A stretch of DNA of 64,000 nucleotides, from IMG/VR virus record IMGVR_UViG_3300044730_002040, positions 1 through 64,000 of that record; one strand, written 5' to 3'. The translations under genes were made by a program, and so were the position numbers. Positions 39,762 through 49,209 of this stretch are shown in pieces (the stretch's first letter is position 1; each line of letters begins with the position of its first letter). The notes below the pieces were generated by a model, which was given only the letters and a program-made list of their open reading frames with translations, did not search any database and had not been told where the DNA came from. Origin of the DNA: a virus. Taxonomy: Duplodnaviria > Caudoviricetes.

Positions 39762-40451
39762 ATGAAAGTCTCGATTTGTATACCTACGTGGGAGCAGTTT
39801 GGAAGAGGGATAGAATTTTTGAAAAACAATTTAGATAAAATCTCAAAACAAACTTATAAAAATTTTGAAGTTGTAGTTTCAGACCACAGTAAAAATTCAG
39901 AAATAGAAATTTTATGTTCGGAATATAAAAATTATTTCGAAATAAATTATTTTAAAAATCAAGAAAAACTTGGAAACGGTCCCGCGAACACAAATAATGC
40001 AATTAAAAATTCGAAAGGAGACATAGTCAAAATAATTTTTCAAGATGATTTTTTTTACGACGAAACCGCTTTGGAAACAATCATAAAAGAATTTGAAAAC
40101 GGAGCTAAGTGGGTTGTAAATGGTTGTAATCACACTCATGATGATGGAAAAACGTTTTCGAATTTTATGGTTCCTTATTGGAACTCAAATATTGCCACGG
40201 GAACTAACACAATAAGTTCCCCTTCAGTTTTGTCTTTTATCAATAACGACCCCTGTTTTTTCGATGAAGACCTTGTAATGTTGATGGACTGCGAAATGTA
40301 TTATCAACTTTACAAAAGATATGGACTTCCAATAGTTATACCTAATATTTTAATAACTAATAGAATGCATCCTCACCAAATTTCAAGTATGTATAATAAA
40401 AACATGTGGGACGAAATCAACCACGTAAAAACTAAACATAAATTACTATAA
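39762..40451 (+). CDS. Glycosyltransferase family 2
   Basis: SICIPTW, VVSDHS, NTNNAI, FQDD. Confidence 0.85.
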   Translation: MKVSICIPTWEQFGRGIEFLKNNLDKISKQTYKNFEVVVSDHSKNSEIEILCSEYKNYFEINYFKNQEKLGNGPANTNNAIKNSKGDIVKIIFQDDFFYDETALETIIKEFENGAKWVVNGCNHTHDDGKTFSNFMVPYWNSNIATGTNTISSPSVLSFINNDPCFFDEDLVMLMDCEMYYQLYKRYGLPIVIPNILITNRMHPHQISSMYNKNMWDEINHVKTKHKLL

Positions 40452-40452
40452 A

Positions 40453-41004
40453 ATGGACCAAATCGAATTAATGTACGAAAGGAAGAAAATGACTCCAAGT
40501 GATATCAACGAACATCTTCCAACACTAAAAAAATATGCCGAAGAGTGTGAAACCATCGTAGAGATGGGAGTAAGAACTATTGTTTCTACTTGGGCATTTT
40601 TATCGGGTAATCCGAAAAAATTAATCTCAGTAGATTATAAAAACCCCTCAGAATATAATTCAGGGGATTTACCGCTTGTAGAAACCTCATCAAAAGAAAG
40701 AGGAATTGACTTTTCATTCATTCTTTCAGATAGTAGGACTGTTGATATTCCTGAATGTGATTTGTTATTCATCGATACTTTACACACATATCCCCAAATC
40801 AAGGTTGAATTGGAGGTTCACTCAAAAAAAGTAAAAAAATATATTGTTTTTCATGATACAGAAACTTTCAGAACTGTAGGTGAAATTAACACTGAAGTTG
40901 GTATATGGCCGGCTATTGAAGAGTTTTTGGAGAAAAATCCTGAGTGGACAATACACGAGATTTTTAAAAATAATAATGGATTGACTATAATTAAAAGAAA
41001 CTAA
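40453..41004 (+). CDS. Class I SAM-dependent methyltransferase (Methyltransf_24-like)
   Basis: VEMGVR, DLLFIDTLH, IVFHDT. Confidence 0.8.
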   Translation: MDQIELMYERKKMTPSDINEHLPTLKKYAEECETIVEMGVRTIVSTWAFLSGNPKKLISVDYKNPSEYNSGDLPLVETSSKERGIDFSFILSDSRTVDIPECDLLFIDTLHTYPQIKVELEVHSKKVKKYIVFHDTETFRTVGEINTEVGIWPAIEEFLEKNPEWTIHEIFKNNNGLTIIKRN

Positions 41005-41005
41005 T

Positions 41006-41776
41006 ATGGAAAATACAAGATTAAAACTTTTGTTTATTCAGAGAGTACTCATTGATTCGGTGGGCAGTGACTCGATAAAAAATTCATTTTTTAGTAATGG
41101 GGTCTATCCTTCAAATGAAGTTATGGAATCAATTGTTTCTCAACCCGTTCAAGGAGAAAGACTTACTGGTAGAGATTGGCCTCAGTTTGCCCACACTATG
41201 ATTGGTCTTAAGAGAATGGAAAATCTTCACGAGTCTTTGGACTATGTAAGAGAAAATAATATTGAAGGAGACTTCATAGAAACTGGTGTTTGGAGAGGTG
41301 GTGCTTCAATTTTTGCTAGGAAATATTTTGAACTCTATGGTATGAACAAAAAGGTTTTTGTTGCAGATTCGTTTAGAGGTTTACCACCACCAAAAGTAAA
41401 AGAAGATGAAGGTGACCCTCACCATACAATAGATTTCTTGAGAGTATCACTGGCTCAAGTGAAAAATAATTTTGAGATGTATGGTGCGTTGGATGAGAGT
41501 GTTATTTTCTTAGAAGGTTGGTTTGAAGACACTTTACCAAACAATCCTCAAATTGAAAAATTGAGTATATTAAGAATGGATGGAGATATGTTCAAATCTA
41601 CTATGGATGTTTTTGAATCCTGTTATCATAAAGTAGTTTCAGGGGGTCGTGTAATAATCGATGACTATTGTATTCCAAATTGCAAAAACGCAGTTGAAAA
41701 ATTCAGAAAGGACAATTCTTTTGATGAACCTATGACTGTGGTTGACCAATGTGGAATATTTTGGACAAAAAAATAA
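41006..41776 (+). CDS. TylF/MycF/NovP-family sugar O-methyltransferase
   Basis: TMIG..R, GDFIETGVWRGG, DSFRGLP, GWFEDTLP, LRMDGD, IIDDY. Confidence 0.92.
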   Translation: MENTRLKLLFIQRVLIDSVGSDSIKNSFFSNGVYPSNEVMESIVSQPVQGERLTGRDWPQFAHTMIGLKRMENLHESLDYVRENNIEGDFIETGVWRGGASIFARKYFELYGMNKKVFVADSFRGLPPPKVKEDEGDPHHTIDFLRVSLAQVKNNFEMYGALDESVIFLEGWFEDTLPNNPQIEKLSILRMDGDMFKSTMDVFESCYHKVVSGGRVIIDDYCIPNCKNAVEKFRKDNSFDEPMTVVDQCGIFWTKK

Positions 41777-41780
41777 TAAT

Positions 41781-42578
41781 ATGTACAATTTATCCATTAT
41801 TGCAAACTTCGGTTTGGATATCCATTTTCAAACCCATGTTCCTTGTGAACTTTATGTTGACATAATTCCAAGCACTCCGAAGAATGCAATTAGAGTTTTA
41901 TGGATTATTGAACCAAATGAAGTTTCTGGTTTCAGACAAGCAGCAATTAATAATTGTGACAAATTCGATTTGATTCTTACTTGGGATGAAAATATTTTGA
42001 ATTCATGCCCAAATGCAAAACTTTTTCCCTACGGAACAACTTGGATTAAAGATTTTGTTTTTACAGAAAAAGAATTTTGTATTACAACTTTGATTGGCGG
42101 AAAAACACAGTGTGATGGACACGTATTACGTCATTCCATACCACAGGCATTAACAGCAATTGATAACATACCTTATCATATCTATAACAGTATTAATTCA
42201 TCATTTTCTCATGGAACAAACTTTAGAACCATGAAAAGTAATGTTTGGAAAAACGAACTTTTTTATTCTCAATTCCATATCGTTGTAGAAAATGTTTTTT
42301 CGAATAACTGGTTTACAGAAAAATTGATTGATTGTTTTCAAACCAAAACAATTCCCATTTACATAGGCTGTGAAAATATTGGAGATTTCTTTGATAAAAG
42401 AGGTTTTTTCCACGTAAAAAATTTGGATGAATTAGTCGATGTGTGTAAAGGTATTAATCCTTCCACGTATAACACTATGTTAGATTATGTTGAACACAAT
42501 TATCTTGAGTCTATGAAATACAATGACCATAAAGCAAGAATAGAAAACACAATCAAAGACTTCGTTTCAAAGACATAA
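41781..42578 (+). CDS. GT10-like (alpha-1,3/4-fucosyltransferase-type) glycosyltransferase
   Basis: FHIVVEN...WFTEKLIDCF...TIPIYIG is the GT10 motif. Likely start ATG 41781. Confidence 0.75.
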   Translation: MYNLSIIANFGLDIHFQTHVPCELYVDIIPSTPKNAIRVLWIIEPNEVSGFRQAAINNCDKFDLILTWDENILNSCPNAKLFPYGTTWIKDFVFTEKEFCITTLIGGKTQCDGHVLRHSIPQALTAIDNIPYHIYNSINSSFSHGTNFRTMKSNVWKNELFYSQFHIVVENVFSNNWFTEKLIDCFQTKTIPIYIGCENIGDFFDKRGFFHVKNLDELVDVCKGINPSTYNTMLDYVEHNYLESMKYNDHKARIENTIKDFVSKT

Positions 42579-42580
42579 TA

Positions 42581-43363
42581 ATGGAAATAGTATCGACAAA
42601 ATTGATGGGAGGACTTGGGAATGTGTTATTCCAAATCGCCACTGCCTACGCAGTTTCACTCAGAGATAGTAAAAAATTTGTTTGTGACACAAGAGAAATG
42701 GTAATTCCACACAAACCATTTTCCGCCTATGTAAACAACATTTTGAGAAAAATTGAATTCTCAGACAAACTTCCTCAAATGCAACATCACGGTGAGAGAG
42801 GATTTGAATTTTATCCAATCCCAAAAGTAGAGGGTAATGTAAAATTGATTGGACACTTTCAAAGTGAAAAATATTTCTCTGATTTTAGAAAGGAAATCTT
42901 AGAACTTTTTGAAATAGATGAACATACATCAAATAGATTGTTGAAAAAATACGGTGAAATTCTTAATCAAGACACTTGCTCAATTCACGTAAGACGTGGT
43001 GATTATGTAGGATTACCAAATCACCATCCAACACAACCAATTGAATATTATATTGAATCCGTAGAAAAAATCGGAAAAGAAAAACATTTTCTAATTTTTT
43101 CAGATGATTTAAATTGGTGTAAACAAAACTTTGATTTTATAGAAAATAAAACTTTGGTTTCAAACAACTCAGACTACGAAGATTTATATCTTATGTCTAT
43201 GTGTAAAAATAACATAATTGCAAATTCTACGTTCAGTTGGTGGGCAGCTTGGTTGAACAAAAACGAAAACCCAACAGTTATAATTCCAAAAAAATGGTTT
43301 GGACCGGCATACGCTAGCTTCAGAACTGAGGATTTGTATTGTAAAAATTGGATTAAATTATGA
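42581..43363 (+). CDS. GT11 alpha-1,2-fucosyl/colitosyltransferase
   Basis: GGLGNVLFQ, GHFQSEKYF, HVRRGDY, FSDD..WC, IIANSTFSWWAAWL. Confidence 0.93.
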   Translation: MEIVSTKLMGGLGNVLFQIATAYAVSLRDSKKFVCDTREMVIPHKPFSAYVNNILRKIEFSDKLPQMQHHGERGFEFYPIPKVEGNVKLIGHFQSEKYFSDFRKEILELFEIDEHTSNRLLKKYGEILNQDTCSIHVRRGDYVGLPNHHPTQPIEYYIESVEKIGKEKHFLIFSDDLNWCKQNFDFIENKTLVSNNSDYEDLYLMSMCKNNIIANSTFSWWAAWLNKNENPTVIIPKKWFGPAYASFRTEDLYCKNWIKL

Positions 43364-44283
43364 AAGTTTTAGTAACAGGCTCAAATGGATTAGTGGGAAA
43401 TGCCCTTAAAGAAATCTTAGGTGAGGGACACGTTTACCACACAAGAAAAGACGTAGACCTCAAACATGAAGAGAACACTCTTAATTACATAACCCACAAT
43501 GTAAAGAATAATGGAGTTGACACCATTATACACTGTGCAGCTAAAGTCGGAGGTGTTCAAGCTAATTCAACAAACAACGAGTTGTTTTTTGAAGAAAATT
43601 ATAAAATCAATCACAATGTTATTACTGCGGCTTTTGTCTCAGGTGTAGAAAACTTTGTGAACTTATCATCTACTTGTATATTTCCAGACTCAAATATCAC
43701 TTACCCACTCACCGCAGACCAAATCGACATTGCACCACCACACCCATCAAATCACGGATATTCTTATGCAAAAAGACTTTCAGGTTATCAAACAAAAATT
43801 ATAAGAAATCTAACAGGAAGAAATTGGATTAATATTGTCCCAACAAACGTATACGGTCCACATGATAACTTTCACCCTGACCACAGTCATATGATACCTG
43901 GTATTATATACCGAGCATATCACTGCAAAGAAAAAAATGAGGACTTTGTAGTTTGGGGAGATGGAACACCATTGAGACAATTTATTCATTCGAGAGACCT
44001 TGCGAGAATTATTCTTTGGGCTATCGAAAATTGGAAATCAGAGGTTCCATTTATGGCAGTAAATGCTCAAGAACATTCTGTGATGGACATTGTAAAGATG
44101 GTCGTGAAAAAATTCGAAATCAGCGAAGATAAATTGTTTTTCGATGCATCCAAACCAAGAGGTCAGTTTAGAAAACCTGCTATTTCTGACATACCGATGG
44201 ACTTTTCACTCACAGATATTAATGTTGGTATTAATGAAACTATTGATTGGTTTATAAAAAATTATAATACATTAAGAAAATGA
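43360..44283 (+). CDS. fcl: GDP-L-fucose synthase / GDP-colitose synthase (Fcl/ColC-type epimerase-reductase)
   Basis: GSNGLVG, AAKVGG, SSTCIFP, YSYAKR, PTNVYGPHDNF, VWGDGTPLRQFIHSRDLA. Confidence 0.9.
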   Translation: MKVLVTGSNGLVGNALKEILGEGHVYHTRKDVDLKHEENTLNYITHNVKNNGVDTIIHCAAKVGGVQANSTNNELFFEENYKINHNVITAAFVSGVENFVNLSSTCIFPDSNITYPLTADQIDIAPPHPSNHGYSYAKRLSGYQTKIIRNLTGRNWINIVPTNVYGPHDNFHPDHSHMIPGIIYRAYHCKEKNEDFVVWGDGTPLRQFIHSRDLARIILWAIENWKSEVPFMAVNAQEHSVMDIVKMVVKKFEISEDKLFFDASKPRGQFRKPAISDIPMDFSLTDINVGINETIDWFIKNYNTLRK

Positions 44284-45443
44284 AACGTATTGATTTAATT
44301 CAAGATACTATTGATAACAAAGACATTGATTCTCTAATAGAATGGTTAAAAACTTATCCAAGATTAACAAAAGGCTCAAAGACCTTAGAGTTTGAATCCA
44401 AATGGTCAAATTGGTTAGGAACCAAATATTCTGTTTTTGTAAACTCTGGTTCCTCTGCAAATCTTTTGATGTTGTACGCATTGAAAGTTTTGAATAAAAT
44501 GAAAAATAACAAAGTTTGTGTTCCCTCATTATGTTGGGCAACTGACTTAGCACCTGTGTTACAATTCGATATGGAACCTTTATTAGTGGATTGTAATTTG
44601 GATAATCTCTCAGTTGATTTGGAACACTTAGAAGAAATTTTTATTAAGGAAAGTCCTTCTGTTCTTATTTTAGTTTCCGTTCTTGGTCTATCCCCAAACA
44701 TCAAAAAAATCACTGAACTTTGTGAAAAATATGATGTCATTTTATTGGAGGACAATTGTGAGTCACAAGGCACAAAATTCGAAAATGTAAAACTTGGAAA
44801 CTTTGGTCTTATGACTTCATTCTCAACTTACTTTGGACACACCATGTCGACCATAGAAGGGGGAATGATTTCAACAAATAATAAAGAGGTATATGAAACA
44901 TTACTTCAATTAAGAAGTCATGGTTGGGACAGAGATTTAACCGAAGATAAACAAAAGGAACTACGTTCAGCTTGGGATGTAACAGATTTTTCAGCTCTTT
45001 ATACTTTTTATATTCCCGGTTTTAATCTTCGTAGTACGGATTTACAAGCCCAAATAGGACTTCAACAACTTGACAAAGTTGATGGGATGATACAAAACAG
45101 ATATAATAATTTTCTTTATTATAAATCAAAATTGGACGGTAAAATTTGGTTTCCAAAATCATTCGAAAACGAATTCACATCCAACTTCGCAATTCCTGTG
45201 ATTACAAAATCTAGCGAAGACAAAGAAAATTTAGTTAAAGATTTACAGGACAACAACATTGCTTGTAGACCATTAATATCTGGTTCCATGGGAACACAAC
45301 CGTTTTACAAAAAACTTTATGGTGAGAAAAAACTTCCTAATTGTTCAATTATAGATGAGAGAGGAATTTATGTTCCGAACCACGACAAAATGACCAATGA
45401 AGATATCGATAGAGTTTGTGAGATATTATTAAAATACCAATAA
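44280..45443 (+). CDS. colD: PLP-dependent DegT-family enzyme; ColD-like GDP-4-keto-6-deoxymannose 3-dehydratase
   Basis: VNSGSSANLL, EDNCES, RSHGWDR. FSTYFGHTMSTIEGG has His where sugar aminotransferases have the Schiff-base Lys. Confidence 0.75.
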   Translation: MKRIDLIQDTIDNKDIDSLIEWLKTYPRLTKGSKTLEFESKWSNWLGTKYSVFVNSGSSANLLMLYALKVLNKMKNNKVCVPSLCWATDLAPVLQFDMEPLLVDCNLDNLSVDLEHLEEIFIKESPSVLILVSVLGLSPNIKKITELCEKYDVILLEDNCESQGTKFENVKLGNFGLMTSFSTYFGHTMSTIEGGMISTNNKEVYETLLQLRSHGWDRDLTEDKQKELRSAWDVTDFSALYTFYIPGFNLRSTDLQAQIGLQQLDKVDGMIQNRYNNFLYYKSKLDGKIWFPKSFENEFTSNFAIPVITKSSEDKENLVKDLQDNNIACRPLISGSMGTQPFYKKLYGEKKLPNCSIIDERGIYVPNHDKMTNEDIDRVCEILLKYQ

Positions 45444-45445
45444 GG

Positions 45446-46231
45446 ATGTTAAGGTTTTTTAAACCGGCAAGAGGTAAGGACATTCATCAAAGAGGTTATT
45501 TTTCTTACATCACGGAGGCCGTTGTACATATTCAAAATTTATACCTGACGTTTCCAAATGAAACTTTCAAAATATATTATGATTTGGAAGACATCTATGG
45601 ATACGGTAAGGGAAACATCTATGATATATGTTTTCTTCAAGACAAACAAGACTGGCTTGAACACAAAAAAAGTTACGTAGATATTGAGTCACTAAGTCTA
45701 AAAACTAGTTTAGACCCTTATAACTCAAAAACATTTTCGAAAGAAAATCTAGAAATGACCGAGGAAATAATCAAAAAACATTTTTTATTTAATGAGAAAA
45801 TGGAATATTTGTTTTATTCAAGGTTTCCACAAATAAATTTTGAAAATACAATTGGTTTTCACAGACGTGCCACAGACATGGAGACCGTTCATAATTTAAC
45901 AACAATTCAATTATCACAAATTTTTGATATATTAGATAAAGAAGAATTCGAAAACATATTTTTAATGTCAGACAACATTCAAGATAAAAATCAATTTTCG
46001 GAGCGTTACGGGGAAAGGTTGATAACGTTTGATGATTTTTCTTCAAACGATGAAAAACTCCCTTTTTTCAAACAGCACAACAATGAAGATTCAATCAAAA
46101 AACATATTCAAGAAATTGTGTTTGGTGCTGTCGGCCTCGGAAAAACAAAAAAACTTTTTTGTACAACATCAAATTTATCTACGTTTTCGATTTTTTCAAA
46201 TTCAAAATTAAATTACGTTAGACTAAATTAA
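45446..46231 (+). CDS. NodZ/GT23/O-FucT-like fucosyltransferase-fold protein
   Basis: IGFHRRATD (HxRxxD), IFLMSD and SNLSTF motifs of GDP-fucose-using GT-B enzymes. Confidence 0.65.
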   Translation: MLRFFKPARGKDIHQRGYFSYITEAVVHIQNLYLTFPNETFKIYYDLEDIYGYGKGNIYDICFLQDKQDWLEHKKSYVDIESLSLKTSLDPYNSKTFSKENLEMTEEIIKKHFLFNEKMEYLFYSRFPQINFENTIGFHRRATDMETVHNLTTIQLSQIFDILDKEEFENIFLMSDNIQDKNQFSERYGERLITFDDFSSNDEKLPFFKQHNNEDSIKKHIQEIVFGAVGLGKTKKLFCTTSNLSTFSIFSNSKLNYVRLN

Positions 46232-46232
46232 A

Positions 46233-47210
46233 ATGACAAATAAAATTGCACTTATCACGGGCATTAATGGTCAAGACGGTTCATACTTGGCCGAATTTTT
46301 ATTGGAAAAAGGTTATGAAGTCCACGGAACCTTGAAAAGAAACTCTATTTCAGAAAATCAGACAGCCAGATTAGAAAAGATTTTTTCCAAAATTAAACTT
46401 CATTATGCCGACCTTACAGATTTATCTTCTCTCATAACAGTTATACAAAAATGTAAACCATCCGAAATTTATAATTTAGCAGCACAATCACATGTTAGAA
46501 TTTCTTTCGACCAACCTATCTACACCGCAAATGTTACTGGACTTGGTACACTCAATATTTTAGAAGCAGTTAAACTTGTTGATAAGAATATAAAAATATA
46601 TCAAGCATCATCATCAGAGATGTTTGGTAATTGTATTGACCATGATGGATTTCAGAGGGAAACAACCCCAATGAATCCAGTTTCCCCTTACGGATGTGCT
46701 AAAGTATTCTCTTATAACATTTGTAGGAACTATAGAAACTCATATGGAATGTTCATTTCAAATGGTATTCTTTTTAATCATGAATCACCAAGAAGAGGTA
46801 CCAATTTTGTAACAAACAAAGTTTGTAAAGAAGCTGTCAAAATAAAACTTGGATTATCTAATGAGTTAAAATTAGGTAATTTGGATGCCACGAGAGATTG
46901 GGGACACGCTAAAGACTTTGTTAAAGCCATGTGGTTAATTTTACAACAAGAACAATCAGATGATTTTGTTTGCTCTACAGGAATTTCTCACTCGGTAAAA
47001 GAACTCTGTGAATATGTTTTTGGTAAACTTGATTTGAACTATGAAATGTATGTAAAAATGGATGAAAAATTTCTAAGACCAGAAGAACTAAATAACCTGA
47101 AAGGAGATTGTTCAAAATTAAAAAGGGTCACAGGGTGGACACCTGAATATAATTTCGAAACTATGTTAGACGAAATGATTGAACATTGGATAAACTATTA
47201 TAAAAATTAA
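46233..47210 (+). CDS. gmd: GDP-mannose 4,6-dehydratase
   Basis: ITGINGQDGSYLAE, YNLAAQSHV, QASSSEMFG, SPYGCAK, LFNHESPRRG, RDWGHAKD. Confidence 0.96.
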   Translation: MTNKIALITGINGQDGSYLAEFLLEKGYEVHGTLKRNSISENQTARLEKIFSKIKLHYADLTDLSSLITVIQKCKPSEIYNLAAQSHVRISFDQPIYTANVTGLGTLNILEAVKLVDKNIKIYQASSSEMFGNCIDHDGFQRETTPMNPVSPYGCAKVFSYNICRNYRNSYGMFISNGILFNHESPRRGTNFVTNKVCKEAVKIKLGLSNELKLGNLDATRDWGHAKDFVKAMWLILQQEQSDDFVCSTGISHSVKELCEYVFGKLDLNYEMYVKMDEKFLRPEELNNLKGDCSKLKRVTGWTPEYNFETMLDEMIEHWINYYKN

Positions 47211-47214
47211 TATT

Positions 47215-47601
47215 ATGATTAACGTACCAGTTAGTGTCGGTGAATTGATTGATAAACTTTCAATCCTACAAGTTAAAAAGACAAAAGTTACAAACCCTCA
47301 AAAATTAGAATACATTAAAAAGGAGTTTGAACTTTTATACAATTTGTCATCGGAGTTTTTGAACAATAACTTAATTGAAAATTTATATCACGAGTTAGTT
47401 TCAACAAACTCCAATCTTTGGGAAATCGAGGACAGACTTAGAATTTTAGAAAAGGACGGTCGCTTTGAGGGTGAATTTATTGATATGGCAAGAAAAGTTT
47501 ATTTCACAAATGATAAAAGGTTTGAACTTAAAAATGAAATTAATTCATTAACTTCATCCGAGATAAGAGAGGTCAAAGAGTATGTAGATTACAAAAAATA
47601 A
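47215..47601 (+). CDS. Conserved helical protein (DUF6165-like)
   Basis: PVSVGELIDKLSILQVK...LWEIEDRLR...ARKVYFTNDKR...IN...EVKEY. Confidence 0.7.
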   Translation: MINVPVSVGELIDKLSILQVKKTKVTNPQKLEYIKKEFELLYNLSSEFLNNNLIENLYHELVSTNSNLWEIEDRLRILEKDGRFEGEFIDMARKVYFTNDKRFELKNEINSLTSSEIREVKEYVDYKK

Positions 47602-47617
47602 AATTAAAAATTCAAAA

Positions 47618-48349
47618 ATGGGTAAAACTAAAAGATTAATATCAACACCCTTACCAACACCAGATGAAAAACCAAAATCAAAAAAGGAAATTATAAATCA
47701 AATAATTAAGAAAAAAACCAAAGAAAAATTTTTAAGTGAAAGTCAAAAAGAATATTACAGATTACTAAAAACAAATCAAATTACTATTTGTTCTGGTCCT
47801 GCGGGAGTAGGTAAAAGTTATATTGCAATGAAATGTGCGATTGACCTTTTAGCCGACCCTGAAAACTCATATGAAAAAATAATAATTGTTAGACCAGCTG
47901 TTGAAGCTGAAGAAAAGTTAGGAAGTTTACCTGGTGGTGTAGAGGAAAAACTTGACCCGTACATTTTTCCGTCTTATTATCTTTTGAACAAAATTATCGG
48001 AAAAGAAGCTCGAGAAAAACTCAAAGAGATAGAATCAATCGAAGTTTTCGCTTTGGCATATATGAGAGGAATGAATATTGATAATTCAATTTTGATTTTC
48101 GAAGAAGCACAAAACGCAACTCCTAATCAAATGAAGTTACTCCTAACAAGAATTGGATTTAATTCTAAGTTTTTTATCTCAGGTGATTTGGACCAATTTG
48201 ATAGACACAAAGATAAAACACAAACAGGTCTTTGGGATGCTCTATTAAAATTCAAGGAAATGGAAGACGTTGGAGTTTTTGAGTTCAAACCTGTTGATGT
48301 TGTAAGAAACCCATTAATAAGTAAAATTTTACAAAGATACGAAGAATGA
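47618..48349 (+). CDS. phoH: PhoH-family ATPase
   Basis: GPAGVGKS, RPAVEA.EKLG.LPG, AYMRG, EEAQN, LTRIG, GD..Q.D, VVRNPL. Confidence 0.95.
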   Translation: MGKTKRLISTPLPTPDEKPKSKKEIINQIIKKKTKEKFLSESQKEYYRLLKTNQITICSGPAGVGKSYIAMKCAIDLLADPENSYEKIIIVRPAVEAEEKLGSLPGGVEEKLDPYIFPSYYLLNKIIGKEAREKLKEIESIEVFALAYMRGMNIDNSILIFEEAQNATPNQMKLLLTRIGFNSKFFISGDLDQFDRHKDKTQTGLWDALLKFKEMEDVGVFEFKPVDVVRNPLISKILQRYEE

Positions 48350-48942
48350 AAATTGGTATTGAAATAAATGGAGTTTTGAGAGATACCCTAAAAAAAATTC
48401 AAGAGGTCTATCAAAAATGGAATATAGAAAACCCTTTTCTTAGTGAAGAAAAAGAGTCTTTCGGATATGAAGTTTTATCAGATGTTACCTCATTGAATTT
48501 GATGGAGCACCTCAAATTTAAAGATGAAGATGAAGTATATAATTTTCTCTATAAAGAATACACTATGGAAATTTTCGGTCATGCTGGTTCCGTTGAGTAT
48601 AACGGAATGAATGACTTGAATGAATTTTATATTGACCATAGAGATAATCATGATATTTGGATTGTTTCAGATGAAATTGGTAAATCCAAACCCGCTTCTT
48701 TATTTTTCTTATCAAAGTTTGGATGTTTAGTCGAGAACTATAAATTTTATAGTGAAACAACTATTGATTCGATGTGGTCTACTTTGGATTGTTTGGTAAC
48801 AGCTAATCCTAAATTATTATTAAATGCTCCAACAGATAAAACTTTAATTAAATTCAAAACTTCTTATAATTCACATATCCATGTAACTCACGAAGTTGAA
48901 AGTATCAAGGATTTAAAACAAAAAATTTCAGAAATATGTTAA
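48346..48942 (+). CDS. 5'(3')-deoxyribonucleotidase-like HAD-fold protein with degenerate catalytic motif
   Basis: KIGIEINGVLRD corresponds to the usual IxIDxDGVLxD. Confidence 0.5.
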   Translation: MKIGIEINGVLRDTLKKIQEVYQKWNIENPFLSEEKESFGYEVLSDVTSLNLMEHLKFKDEDEVYNFLYKEYTMEIFGHAGSVEYNGMNDLNEFYIDHRDNHDIWIVSDEIGKSKPASLFFLSKFGCLVENYKFYSETTIDSMWSTLDCLVTANPKLLLNAPTDKTLIKFKTSYNSHIHVTHEVESIKDLKQKISEIC

Positions 48943-49208
48943 ATGTCTTAGGTGAAAGTTATTTTGTTGATTTAGACGAAATAGAAAATTATTTAGATAT
49001 CAGAGAAATTGAGTCTGATATTACTGGTGGTACTGAAAGTAGAGTTAATATAATAAAATTCGAAATGGTGAAAATGTTAATGGAAGTTCTTCTTACAGAA
49101 AATCCAGATATGGATGATAAACTCGGAATGAAGTCCAAAGAAGTTAGTATACCATTCAAAATTGCATTCAATACACTTTTAAATAAAAAATTGATTAATC
49201 ATTATTAA
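48936..49208 (+). CDS. Hypothetical protein
   Basis: 90-aa ORF within the operon. Confidence 0.6.
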   Translation: MLNVLGESYFVDLDEIENYLDIREIESDITGGTESRVNIIKFEMVKMLMEVLLTENPDMDDKLGMKSKEVSIPFKIAFNTLLNKKLINHY

Positions 49209-49209
49209 T

